From contig DATKZW010000647.1 of assembly GCA_035527775.1 (NCBI GenBank), positions 1-26,956 of the forward strand: DNA of 26,956 bases, written 5' to 3'. How positions within the stretch are numbered: position 1 is the first letter of the stretch; each line of letters opens with the position of its first letter. The notes below the pieces were generated by a model that saw nothing but the letters and a program-made list of their open reading frames with translations, was not told the origin of the DNA and did no database searches. The position numbers and the translations under genes are program-made. This DNA is from Sumerlaeia bacterium (GTDB taxonomy: Bacteria; Sumerlaeota; Sumerlaeia; UBA8349). Below, piece after piece: positions 7,010 through 17,226 of this stretch.

Positions 7010-8401
7010 TTACGAGCCTTTCTTGCTCAGTTTCATCTTCCCCAGTCGGATCCACTGCACCAGGTTGCGGTGCGAGGGACAGACGTACTCGCATGCTCCG
7101 CATTCCATGCAGTCCATGATGCCCAGTCGCTTGATTCCATCCAGCGCGTCGTTGGCCGACAGAGTGCCCAGTTGCGAGGGCATCAGTCCCATCGGGCAGG
7201 CATCGACGCATCGCCCGCACCGCACGCAGGCCCGTTCGGCGCGATGGGCGACTTCCTCGGGAGTCAATGCCACCAACCCGGAAGTGCCTTTGACCACCGG
7301 CGCGTCGGCGTCGCGTTGCGCCTTGCCCATCATCGGCCCGCCCATGATGAGTTTGCTGCCCGGCGCCGGCGAGTAGCCGCAAGCGTCGAGCAAGGCCCGG
7401 AAGGGCGTTCCGACGCGCACGAGAAGATTCTTCGGCTCCGGGACGCCGACGCCCGCCACGGTCACCACGCGCTCGATGAGGGGCTTGCGGCGCCAGACGG
7501 CGTCGCTGATGGCCACGCAGGTGGCGACGTTCTGCACCACCACGCCGATGTCCATCGGCAGCCCGCCGCTCGGCACGGTCCGTTTGAGCACGGCCGAGAT
7601 GAGCTGCTTTTCCCCGCCTTGGGGATACTTGGTCTTGCACACAACAACGCCCACCTCGCCGAGGGCGGCCGCGGCGGGATCCTCCTTCTCGACGGCGCGG
7701 CGCATGGCTTCAATCGCCTTGGGTTTGTTGTCCTCGATGGCGATGATCGCCTGTTTCACGCCGAGAATCACCATCGTCGCGCGAAGGCCGCTCAGCGCCT
7801 CGTCGGGCCACTCGAGCATCACGCGGTAGTCGGCCGTCAGGTACGGCTCGCATTCGGCGCCGTTGACCAGGAAGACGTCGATCTTCTTCCCGGGTGGCGG
7901 GCTCAGTTTGACGTGACACGGAAAGCCCGCTCCCCCCAGGCCGACGATGCCCGCCGCTTTGACGGCTTCGAGGTATTCCTTGCCCTTGGCGGGATCGGGG
8001 GCGCCGCGAGGGGCGTTCACGTCGATGGAATCGTCCCAGTCGTCCTGTCCGTCGTTGTCGATCACGACGGTTTCACAGCGCGGGCCGAGAGGGTGGGCGT
8101 GAAAGGCGATCTTGTTCACCTTGCCGCTGACGGAAGCGTGAACGGGGGCGCTGATGAAGGCGTCGGACTGGCCGATCATCTGGCCCGCCTTCACTGGATC
8201 GCCTCGCTTGACGAGGGGCTTGCATGGCGCCCCGGTGTGTTGGCTCAGAGGAATGAAAACTTGCTTCGGAGGGGGAAGGACCTCGATGGCCTTGTCGGCC
8301 GTAATCTCTTTGAACTCCGGCAGGTGGATGCCCCCGCGGGAGAAGGTCTTACCCTCCCCGCCTCGGCCCCGCCGACGTGTAGCCTGCGCGATTAGACTCA
8401 C
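7010..8401 (-). CDS. rnfC: Rnf electron transport complex subunit C
   Basis: AAGGAGGGG RBS plus GTG; GIVGLGGAGFP, NGAECEPYLTAD, KYPQGGEKQL, MGGPMMG; two CxxCxxCxxxC [4Fe-4S] motifs. Confidence 0.97.
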   Translation of the reverse strand: MSLIAQATRRRGRGGEGKTFSRGGIHLPEFKEITADKAIEVLPPPKQVFIPLSQHTGAPCKPLVKRGDPVKAGQMIGQSDAFISAPVHASVSGKVNKIAFHAHPLGPRCETVVIDNDGQDDWDDSIDVNAPRGAPDPAKGKEYLEAVKAAGIVGLGGAGFPCHVKLSPPPGKKIDVFLVNGAECEPYLTADYRVMLEWPDEALSGLRATMVILGVKQAIIAIEDNKPKAIEAMRRAVEKEDPAAAALGEVGVVVCKTKYPQGGEKQLISAVLKRTVPSGGLPMDIGVVVQNVATCVAISDAVWRRKPLIERVVTVAGVGVPEPKNLLVRVGTPFRALLDACGYSPAPGSKLIMGGPMMGKAQRDADAPVVKGTSGLVALTPEEVAHRAERACVRCGRCVDACPMGLMPSQLGTLSANDALDGIKRLGIMDCMECGACEYVCPSHRNLVQWIRLGKMKLSKKGS

Positions 8402-8515
8402 CGTCCCCTCCTTGTCGTTGACTTCCTCTGATCGGCGTCTGGATCGCGGCTTGGGCGCCGCCTCATCGGCCGGGCCGACACTCGGCCTCCGCGCTTCGCG
8501 GTCTTCGAGTTGTTC

Positions 8516-9367
8516 TCAGTTCCCGGACGCTTCCGAAGAATCCCCCCGCCGGGCGATGAGGTAAAGGGCATTTCCCAGCCCAAATGCCGCCAGGAGCCGG
8601 CCGTAGATCCGCGCTGCGGCGCGGCGCAGGGCGCCGCCGACCCCCGTGCCGCTTGCCGTTCGCAGGAGGAGCGTTTCGAAGCCACGCGTTTGAAAAAGCG
8701 TTCGGAGGCTCTGCATCGTGTGAAACAGGAAATGCCGATCAGGTTGAATCATGTTCCATCGCGACCCGCACAGGCGCCGGCGCAAAGAATGGGCATTGGG
8801 TGTCTGCAGCGCCAGGACCCCGCCAGAACGCAACCATCGCCCGACGCGCTCCGGCAGAAGCAGCGGGTCCGGGATATGCTCGATCACGTCGAGGGCGAGG
8901 ACCACGTCAAAACTTTGCTCCTCGATTTCGGCGCTCTCGAGCGAGCATCCCAGCACTCTCTCATGGCCCAGGAGATGCTCGGCGGCCCGGCGCAGGAGGG
9001 GGCTGGGCTCGATGGCCTGCACGTCCCACCCCGCATCGAGAGCCGCTCGGGACAACCCCCCCGTTCCACAGCCGATTTCGAGCAGACGTCCCGGCGGCGA
9101 CACAAACCGATGGAGTCGCGCCAAGTGCGACTGATAGTACGCGGTTCGTTCTTTCCTTTCCTCCTGGCTCAGAAGATCCCGGGCCGCTCCCCCTCCTTCG
9201 GCGTAGGCCCGGTTCGGGTTCGGGAAATGCGCACGACCCGCCCGCCAGAGGAAGCCGCAATGCCGGCACGTCCGGTACTCGGGCCCCAGACGGAGCTCGT
9301 GACGCACCTTCCGTCCGCCGCAGATCGGGCATTCCGCTTCTTCACCCTCGGCGCCTGTCCGAATCAT
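8516..9367 (-). CDS. Class I SAM-dependent methyltransferase with an N-terminal CxxC...CxxC
   Basis: CPIC...CRHC; motif I LLEIGCGTG; FDVVLALDVIEHIPDP; LQTPN...PDRHFLF. Confidence 0.9.
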   Translation of the reverse strand: MIRTGAEGEEAECPICGGRKVRHELRLGPEYRTCRHCGFLWRAGRAHFPNPNRAYAEGGGAARDLLSQEERKERTAYYQSHLARLHRFVSPPGRLLEIGCGTGGLSRAALDAGWDVQAIEPSPLLRRAAEHLLGHERVLGCSLESAEIEEQSFDVVLALDVIEHIPDPLLLPERVGRWLRSGGVLALQTPNAHSLRRRLCGSRWNMIQPDRHFLFHTMQSLRTLFQTRGFETLLLRTASGTGVGGALRRAAARIYGRLLAAFGLGNALYLIARRGDSSEASGN

Positions 9368-9433
9368 CTCGTCGCCATGCTCCGTGTTGTGCAGACGGCG
9401 CCCGCGCCAAGTGGGAACGGCTCTGGGGAGGCG

Positions 9434-10294
9434 TCAGGCCGCATCGGCCCCGCCGACCGCATCGGCCCCGCCGACCGCTGCCGCCGCGCTTTGCTCCTCC
9501 TCCGGCGGTCTCAGCACGATGGCGTGCGTAGGGCACTGGCGGGCGCATTCGCCGCACCTATTGCACAGTTCCGGCCGAATGTGGGAATAGAAGTTCTCCA
9601 CCTTGATCGCCCCCGTGGGACAGTTGCGCTCGCATTTGCCGCAGCCCAGACAGCCCACCGTGCAGTACTTGCGGACAATCGCGCCGGTATCCTGGGACTG
9701 ACAGGCCACCCAGATTCGCTGGTTCGCCCCCATCATTTCGATGCACTGGCGGGGACAGACCTTGGCGCACGCACCGCAGCCAACGCACTTCTCCTCGTCG
9801 ATCCGCATAAGGCCGTCGACGATCTCGATGGCGTCGAACGGGCAGGCTCGAGCGCACGTGCCAAGGCCCAGGCAGCCAAAAGGACAGACTTTGGGACTCG
9901 AGGACGTGATATGAACCGCCGCACAGTCGGCAATCCCCTCGTACGATCCGGTCCGAGCCGCGCAGTCGATCGTCCCGCCACAACGCAGGCGAGCCAGTTT
10001 CTTCTCGGCCACCTTGCGTTCCACGCCTAGAGTTTCGGCGATCAGGTCGGCGGTGGCGTCGCCCCCGACGGGGCAGGCGGCCTCGAGATCCAAGTTGCCG
10101 GCGAATCCCTCGGCCAAGCCACGGCAGCCGGCGAACCCGCAAGCCCCGCAGTTCGTCCCGGGCAAAATCTCCACGAGATCCTCGACCAGCGGATTCTCCT
10201 TCACGGCGAATTTTCTCGAGGCAATCAGAAGCACGATCCCCACGCCAAGTCCCAAGCCGGCCAGAAGCGCCGTGGGGTATATGTATACGCTCAT
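9434..10294 (-). CDS. rnfB: Rnf electron transport complex subunit B (polyferredoxin type)
   Basis: N-terminal transmembrane helix; LPGTNCGACGFAGC; CPFGCLGLGTCARACP; CVGCGACAKVCP; CLGCGKCERNCP; CNRCGECARQCP. Confidence 0.95.
   Translation of the reverse strand: MSVYIYPTALLAGLGLGVGIVLLIASRKFAVKENPLVEDLVEILPGTNCGACGFAGCRGLAEGFAGNLDLEAACPVGGDATADLIAETLGVERKVAEKKLARLRCGGTIDCAARTGSYEGIADCAAVHITSSSPKVCPFGCLGLGTCARACPFDAIEIVDGLMRIDEEKCVGCGACAKVCPRQCIEMMGANQRIWVACQSQDTGAIVRKYCTVGCLGCGKCERNCPTGAIKVENFYSHIRPELCNRCGECARQCPTHAIVLRPPEEEQSAAAAVGGADAVGGADAA
9441..9478. repeat. 18-bp tandem duplication in the rnfB tail (AVGGAD x2)
   Basis: GCATCGGCCCCGCCGACC x2 plus GC. Confidence 0.85.
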
Positions 10295-10458
10295 GAGCGG
10301 CTTCCCACTTCCTTCACGGACCCCGTCGGCAGGGGGCCGATGCGGTCCGCCGCGACCCGGCGCGGGCGAACGGGATCCGTGAGCGCAATCCCTTTTGCCG
10401 GGCGCCGACGCCCCATCTCTGCCGACTCTCGACCTCCTGAATCGCGAGCCGGCAATTC

Positions 10459-10467
10459 ATGTTAGCA
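10459..10467 (-). promoter_or_regulatory. Possible extended -10 promoter upstream of rnfB
   Basis: TG-c-TAACAT in the 270-nt gap. A TTGTGC lies 19 nt upstream, which is non-optimal spacing. Confidence 0.4.
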
Positions 10468-10563
10468 GATTCCACGCGATTCCGCACAAGGAAAATGAGA
10501 CGGTGTCGCGACGTTCCGACCGCCAGAGTCCGCGCATGAGGCGCCGTCGTTCGTCCTTTGCGC

Positions 10564-11679
10564 TCACGCCCGTTCCCGGTCGAGCGCCCACCGGGCGGCA
10601 TCATCCAGACTTGAGGCGATGAAGTCCGGCTCGACCTCGAATTCGCGGTCCCCGCCCGCGTGTCCGGTCCGTACAAGGATCTTCGTCATTCCCAGACGCC
10701 GGGCCGCTTCGAGGTCGCTGGTCTTGTCGCCGATGCAAATGCTGCGGGAGAAGTCGATGTTCAGATCCTGCCGCGCCCGCTCGAAGAGCGCTGTGCCCGG
10801 TTTGCGGCAGTCGCATATTGCTCCCAGACCGTGGGGGCAGAAGTAGATCCCGTCGATCGTGACGCCGAAGGGGGCGAGAGAGCGAAACATGGCGCGGTTC
10901 ACTTGGTAGAAGTCTTCCTTGGTGAAGTACCCCAGGCCGATGCCGGCCTGGGTCGTCACAATGACGATCCGGTAGCCCATATCGGCAAAGCGCCGCATTC
11001 CTTCCCCGGCGCCTGGAAGCAGTTCGAAGCGTTCGGGTTCGTGCAGGTACTCGATCTCGCGGTTGATCGTCCCGTCGCGATCGAGAAAAACCGCGGGCGA
11101 GCATTTGGCCGGCGCGTCCACGGAACGCGGCGCGTCCAAGGAAACGCACATCTCGGCGCCGGTCTCCGTTTCGGCGCGAGGCGCCGGTCGGCCGGGCCGA
11201 TGAGCCCGAACGCGCTCAATGATGTCCGTAGTCGACAGAGGGATCTCGATGTCGATGCGACGCGCCTCGCCGCCGTAGCGCTCGACCACTTCAGCCGACG
11301 TCAGCCCCGACTTTGTGTAGTCGCCCGCCTTGATGTATAGGTCTGGCTGAATCAGCTCGATGTTGCGGGCATTGCGGCGCTCGGGGAAGAGAAAGACGTA
11401 ATCCACCGCCTCGAGGGCGGCGACGATTTCCGCCCGCTGCCGTTCGGGGATAATCGGGCGATCGGGCCCTTTGTAGCGCCGCACGGAGTCGTCCGTGTTG
11501 ATCCCGACGACCAGAGCGTCGCACAGGGCGCGAGCGCGCTCGAGGAAGTTGGCGTGGCCTGCGTGGAGCAAGTCATAAGCGCCGGACGTGAAGCCAATGG
11601 TCCGCCCTTGTCCGCGCAGCTCGCGGCAGATCCGCGCCACTTCGTCGCGATCCAGGAACTTGTCGGCGATCTGGGACAT
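10564..11679 (-). CDS. hldC-gmhB: Fused D-glycero-beta-D-manno-heptose 1-phosphate adenylyltransferase (HldC/RfaE2-like) and heptose-1,7-bisphosphate phosphatase (GmhB)
   Basis: N-terminal FTSGAYDLLHAGH, GINTDDSVRRYKGPDRP, YIKAGDY, STTDII; C-terminal HAD motif FLDRDGTIN, YFCPH...CDCRKPG, IGDKTSD. Start taken as the ATG at 11679. Confidence 0.92.
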   Translation of the reverse strand: MSQIADKFLDRDEVARICRELRGQGRTIGFTSGAYDLLHAGHANFLERARALCDALVVGINTDDSVRRYKGPDRPIIPERQRAEIVAALEAVDYVFLFPERRNARNIELIQPDLYIKAGDYTKSGLTSAEVVERYGGEARRIDIEIPLSTTDIIERVRAHRPGRPAPRAETETGAEMCVSLDAPRSVDAPAKCSPAVFLDRDGTINREIEYLHEPERFELLPGAGEGMRRFADMGYRIVIVTTQAGIGLGYFTKEDFYQVNRAMFRSLAPFGVTIDGIYFCPHGLGAICDCRKPGTALFERARQDLNIDFSRSICIGDKTSDLEAARRLGMTKILVRTGHAGGDREFEVEPDFIASSLDDAARWALDRERA

Positions 11680-11790
11680 GGAACGTATCGGGGGGCGGGG
11701 GAGGAGACGCCGCCCGCGTCGGCAAGGGAAGCGCCCGCACCCCGCTCGACTCATCGGCCCCGCGGACCTGAGGCGGGGGCGCGGTCCGTC

Positions 11791-12873
<1,083 letters not shown>

Positions 12874-13170
12874 TTATCCCCCTGCGAGTTCCGCCGGTGG
12901 CGAGCCGGGCAACTCCTCTTGGATCAAGTCCTATTGAGATGCTCTCTCCGCCTTCTCCCGCGAAACCAGCCGCCCGCCGCCATTCGGGAAGGGACCCGCC
13001 GTAGCGCAGTCTCGGAATCCCCATGGCGTGCGGCGCAAAAGCGGCAAGCCACCGCGCTGAGAGTTTCGGTCAAGGACGGCGCTTTGTCAATTCCAAAACC
13101 GACGGGCGCAGTCCGGGTCGTTTGGGTTGAGGTGTCTTCGTGGCGGAACCGAGCACTTGGGAACGCGGGA

Positions 13171-13353
13171 TCACTTGATTTCTCTATGCACGGTGTGGAC
13201 CTTCTCGAATCTGCAGTATTTCTTCAACTGGAGACGGTCCGTTGTGTTGCGCCGATTCTTCATGGTCATATACCGTGAAACGCCCGGCTGATTGCTCTCG
13301 CGACACTGCGTGCACTCGAGGGTCACCAGAACGCGGTTAGCGGCTTTTGCCAT
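13171..13353 (-). CDS. rpmG: 50S ribosomal protein L33
   Basis: [17 protein letters not shown]...[35 protein letters not shown]; GAGGAG RBS. Confidence 0.96.
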   Translation of the reverse strand: MAKAANRVLVTLECTQCRESNQPGVSRYMTMKNRRNTTDRLQLKKYCRFEKVHTVHREIK

Positions 13354-13491
13354 TTGCCTGATCTCCTCGGAAGATGGCGGGGCCGTCGGCCCTGGAGGCC
13401 CCAAACGGCGCATTCTCAATGTTCTGCGACACCCCGGCGTGGGGCGGCCTTGTACGCGCTTCACCCGGCGAAGCGCACGGAAAGCGGCGGC

Positions 13492-13520
13492 ATGTTGTCA
13501 CAAGGTCGGCGCGCTGTCAA
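13492..13520 (-). promoter_or_regulatory. Putative sigma70 promoter for rpmG
   Basis: TTGACA-N17-CAACAT, with TG immediately upstream of the -10. Confidence 0.5.
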
Positions 13521-13631
13521 CGAGGAAATCACGCGAAATCCCGTTGTCATGTTTGTGGCACAGCCGCCCTCGGTTGTGATTCATCACTTCTGAGAGTTCC
13601 TGGATGTCCGGGCGGGGCCGTGACAAAAGCC

Positions 13632-13660
13632 TTGCAGAATCGCGTCCAGAATGCTAGGGT
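13632..13660 (+). promoter_or_regulatory. Putative sigma70 promoter for the TolC/ABC cluster (divergent from rpmG)
   Basis: TTGCAG-N17-TAGGGT with a TGn extension. Confidence 0.5.
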
Positions 13661-13776
13661 CTGCCTTTCCTGAGTGGGCCTTGCGGCGATCTCGGGTCCA
13701 GTCTGAGAGGTCCCAGACGCTGTTCGGTAGATCTCCCGGCCCGACGCAGGGCGCCAGCCTCTAGACGGGTTTCGGC

Positions 13777-15462
13777 TTGAAGCATTCTACCGCATCTCCC
13801 CCCTTCGGCAGAGCTCCTTGCGCTCCGGGGCGAACGGGCGTACGCGTGCGACTGTGGGACGGCGCGGCGCCGATCGCGGCGATTCGAGGCGCTCTGGGCG
13901 CGCTGCTTTTCTGGAGTGTTTTCTCGACCGGATGCCACATCTATCGCCCGGGGCACGGGAACCTCCTGGACAGAGGTCCTGAGCCGGTGCAGGAGGTCCT
14001 CGAAGAAAAGATCCGAGACCAACGCGTGGACAAGACCGGTCAGGAACGTTGGGAGAGCTTGCAGGCGGACGCCTACCAGTCCCCCGAGGATGCGGCGTGG
14101 CGCCGCGAGCGGAGCAGCAGGAGGCGCGAGCGCGAAGAGAAGCTGCGGCGACTCATTGAGCAGGGCCCCTTGCGGCTGACCGATTGCCTGGCCTTCTCTC
14201 TGGAGTGCAATGACGAGGTCCAGGCCAAGCGGGCGGCAATCCAGGCCGTCGGGGGGGACGAGCTGATCGTCCGCTCGCGTTTCCTGCCGCACCTTTTCTT
14301 CAACCTCGACCAGGAGAGCAAGAACACGGATCTTTTCTCCGATCGGAGGAATCGCACCGACAGTTACTTCCGGTGGAGCCAGACGCTTCTGGAATTCGGC
14401 AAGGACAATCCCGCGGACGTCGCTCTCCGGGAGTCCCAGCGCCGCGTCCTCTTCGATTACGAAGACGCGGTGCGCGCGGTCCTCTCGGACGTGCGGCTGC
14501 GGTTTTTCACGGTTCTGCTGCGCGAGCAGCAATTGAGGGAGAGGATGGGCTTGCTGGAGGAATTCCGCAAGGAATATGAGAAGATCCTCAAGCGCTACGA
14601 GAAGAGCCAAGTGGTCGAGGTGGATCTCCTGACCGCGCGTCTGAACATGCTCAACGAAGAGACGCGCATCAACTCGCTGAAGAAGGAGATTCTCAGGCAG
14701 AAGATCGACCTGATGCATCTCGTCGGCTTCCCCGTGGGGATGACGGATTTCGGCCTGGCCGGGAACTTGGAGACGTTGGATCTGGACGTGGACAAGGCCG
14801 TGGAGACGGCGCTCGAGCGCAGCACCGACGTGGCGCAAAGCCGGGCCGTCCTCGCCGAGCGGCAGAGGCAGGCGCGCCAGGTCTGGTGGGAGTACGGCCC
14901 GGACGTCCGGATTCAGACCGGATGGAAGGGGGATCGCGGCGCGGCCGGGGTCGAGTTGAGCGGGGAAGACGGCTCGTACGGCTTGGCGCCCTTCGCCGAG
15001 CAGCATCTGAGTTCCCCGCGCGAGGGGTTCTTGGGCGACCAAGACGTTCTGGACGGGGACGAGAAAGGCCCGTATCTCGGGCTGGGTCTTGAGTTTCCCC
15101 TTTACGAAGGAATGGAACGCAGGGGCCGGCGAATTCGGGAGACCGCTCGGGCGCTCGAGGCGCGTCACGCACTGGGGAACACGATTGGCCAAGTCGAGCA
15201 GGAGGTGCGCAAAGCCTACCAGACGATGCTCGAGCAACGCGAAGAACTGCGGATACTGGAAGAGACGGTTGCGATCTCGAAGAAACGGCTGCGCGCCAAG
15301 GAGCGGCTCAAGGAGCTCGATCGCATTACGGACGATGAGTTGGAGACGTTCCGCGATCGCTTCTTTCGGGATCAGGACGCGTACTTCAGCCAGCAGATCG
15401 CGCACGTGGCGGCCCAGGAGCGCATCCGGTCGCTGATGCGGCAATTCGAGGCCCTGCAGTAG
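13777..15462 (+). CDS. TolC-family outer membrane efflux protein (start uncertain; the GTG at 13846 is plausible)
   Basis: Hydrophobic leader ending STGC; two OEP-like helical repeats (LTDCLAFSLECNDEVQAKRA...SRFLPHL; VDKAVETALERSTDVAQSR; LGLEFPLYEG; VEQEVRKAYQ). Confidence 0.8.
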   Translation: MKHSTASPPFGRAPCAPGRTGVRVRLWDGAAPIAAIRGALGALLFWSVFSTGCHIYRPGHGNLLDRGPEPVQEVLEEKIRDQRVDKTGQERWESLQADAYQSPEDAAWRRERSSRRREREEKLRRLIEQGPLRLTDCLAFSLECNDEVQAKRAAIQAVGGDELIVRSRFLPHLFFNLDQESKNTDLFSDRRNRTDSYFRWSQTLLEFGKDNPADVALRESQRRVLFDYEDAVRAVLSDVRLRFFTVLLREQQLRERMGLLEEFRKEYEKILKRYEKSQVVEVDLLTARLNMLNEETRINSLKKEILRQKIDLMHLVGFPVGMTDFGLAGNLETLDLDVDKAVETALERSTDVAQSRAVLAERQRQARQVWWEYGPDVRIQTGWKGDRGAAGVELSGEDGSYGLAPFAEQHLSSPREGFLGDQDVLDGDEKGPYLGLGLEFPLYEGMERRGRRIRETARALEARHALGNTIGQVEQEVRKAYQTMLEQREELRILEETVAISKKRLRAKERLKELDRITDDELETFRDRFFRDQDAYFSQQIAHVAAQERIRSLMRQFEALQ

Positions 15463-15545
15463 ACTTCGGCGCGGGAGGCGAGTCGGAAGGTTCTCCGCTC
15501 TTGGCGAGAGGGATGCGGATGCGCCCCCAGGAAAGAACAGGCACT

Positions 15546-17174
15546 ATGAACGAAATGAAGCGTGGAATCGCCGCTCTGCTCGTTGCGGGAGTGGCGCTGC
15601 TTGGGCCGCGGACCGCTCCCGGTCAGGGGAAGGAACCGATTATTGACGCGTCGGGACTGTCGCGCGACGAGAAGCTGAACCTGCTGAAAACCCGTCAGGC
15701 GGAACTGGAACTTGAGAAGGCGAAAGCGGAGATGGAGCGCGCCAAGCTGGAGCTGGAAGACACGCGGTCGTTGTTCGAGGAGGGCATCGAGACGATCAAC
15801 AAGCTCCGCAAGGCGGAGCAGACTCACAAGGAAGCGGAGATCCGGCACTCCCAGGCGAAGATCCAGCTCGAGCAGACGCGGCTGGAATTCTTGAAGAACG
15901 CCACGCTCATCCGAGTGCTGGATGCGCAGATCTTCCGCGGAGATGCAGGAGACGTGATGGCCTCGATCGAGCTGCAGAACGACTCGGACATCAACAAGGC
16001 CCGAGTCATTATGACGCGAGAGGAGGAGGGGGCGAGGATTTCCGATGAGGAGCTGGCGGACCTGCTGAAGGTGAACAATATCATCGTGACGCTTTGGGGC
16101 TCGGCGCAACCCTCGTCCTCGCAAGAGGATTTCTCGCGCTCGCAGACGCGGGCCATCATCGGGGACCCGTTCCAACGCATCGTCGCCGAGCTGAAATCGG
16201 GGGAGAATGTGAAGCTGGATTTCCGGCTGCTCAAGAGAGAGGTCGAGCACGTGGCGGTTCAGATCGAGTACCTGGAGACGAGCAAGGAATACGACGTCTT
16301 CCTCAAGAAAGAGGCCCTGGAGGACTTGCCGACGATCGTCTCGGCGCAGTACGATCAACACGGGGACCTGGGAAGCACGATCAAGTACAATCTGCAGCTC
16401 GAGCGGCTTGGGAGGACGGATCAGAGTTTCTCGCTTCGCGTGCTGAATTTTCCCGAAGAGATCCGATTCGCCTTCGTCGACCCGAAAACGGAAGCGAAGA
16501 TGACGACGCTGAAGTTCTCGAGCGAGGAAACGATTCGCATGATGGACTTTGAGGTGCGGATCCCGGAGAAGCTGGGCCGGGACCTCATCGACAAGAGCAT
16601 CGCCTTCTACATCGTCGTGGCTCAGCAAAAGGAAATGGAAAAGATTCATGATCTGAGGAAGAAATACGGAGATCAGGAGGTCCCAGCCGAGGAGATCGCC
16701 AAGATCCAGGGCAACGTGGCCGAGCTGGTCCTTATCCCCAAAGGCGTGGGCAAGCTGGACCTTCTCGTGGGGAATCTGTTCAAAGAGGCGCTCCAGGGGG
16801 AAGGCGTCGTCTTGAAGTTCAGCGCCCTGAACTCCGGCACGTTCGTTGTGAACCGGATCCGGCCGAAGATGAACCTGCCGCTGGACTGGGAGGGGGAGAT
16901 TGCGCCGGAGGAAGCGGAATCCCTGGAGCCGGATCAGAAAATCCTGTTTACGGCCGACATCCGCCCGCCCGAGGACGTGGTGGTCGGGGAGTACACGATA
17001 ACCGTGGAAACGGAAGGGCATTCGGGCGTGGAGCTGATCGACGCGAAGGAGAAGGACTTCACGGTTCGGGTGGTGGCCTCGGGAAACATAACGGGGACGA
17101 TGGCGCTGGTCGCCCTCTTGGTGGCGCTGGTGCTGGGAATCGCCGTGGCCAGCGTGAAGATAGCCAGAAGATAG
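15546..17174 (+). CDS. Secreted protein with an MFP-like alpha-hairpin, NEW3 (NPCBM-associated)/Ig-like domains and a C-terminal membrane anchor
   Basis: Signal peptide; LEKAKAEMERAKLELEDTRSLFEEGI...LRKAEQTHKEAEIRHSQAKIQLEQ; NEW3-like NSG...LPLDWEGEIAP...LEPDQ...RPPEDVVVGEYTITV; transmembrane helix followed by KIARR. Confidence 0.8.
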   Translation: MNEMKRGIAALLVAGVALLGPRTAPGQGKEPIIDASGLSRDEKLNLLKTRQAELELEKAKAEMERAKLELEDTRSLFEEGIETINKLRKAEQTHKEAEIRHSQAKIQLEQTRLEFLKNATLIRVLDAQIFRGDAGDVMASIELQNDSDINKARVIMTREEEGARISDEELADLLKVNNIIVTLWGSAQPSSSQEDFSRSQTRAIIGDPFQRIVAELKSGENVKLDFRLLKREVEHVAVQIEYLETSKEYDVFLKKEALEDLPTIVSAQYDQHGDLGSTIKYNLQLERLGRTDQSFSLRVLNFPEEIRFAFVDPKTEAKMTTLKFSSEETIRMMDFEVRIPEKLGRDLIDKSIAFYIVVAQQKEMEKIHDLRKKYGDQEVPAEEIAKIQGNVAELVLIPKGVGKLDLLVGNLFKEALQGEGVVLKFSALNSGTFVVNRIRPKMNLPLDWEGEIAPEEAESLEPDQKILFTADIRPPEDVVVGEYTITVETEGHSGVELIDAKEKDFTVRVVASGNITGTMALVALLVALVLGIAVASVKIARR

Positions 17175-17226
17175 GGCCGCAAGAGAACGTCGGGGAATTC
17201 GGCGAGGAAAGAGGGAGGACGGTCGG

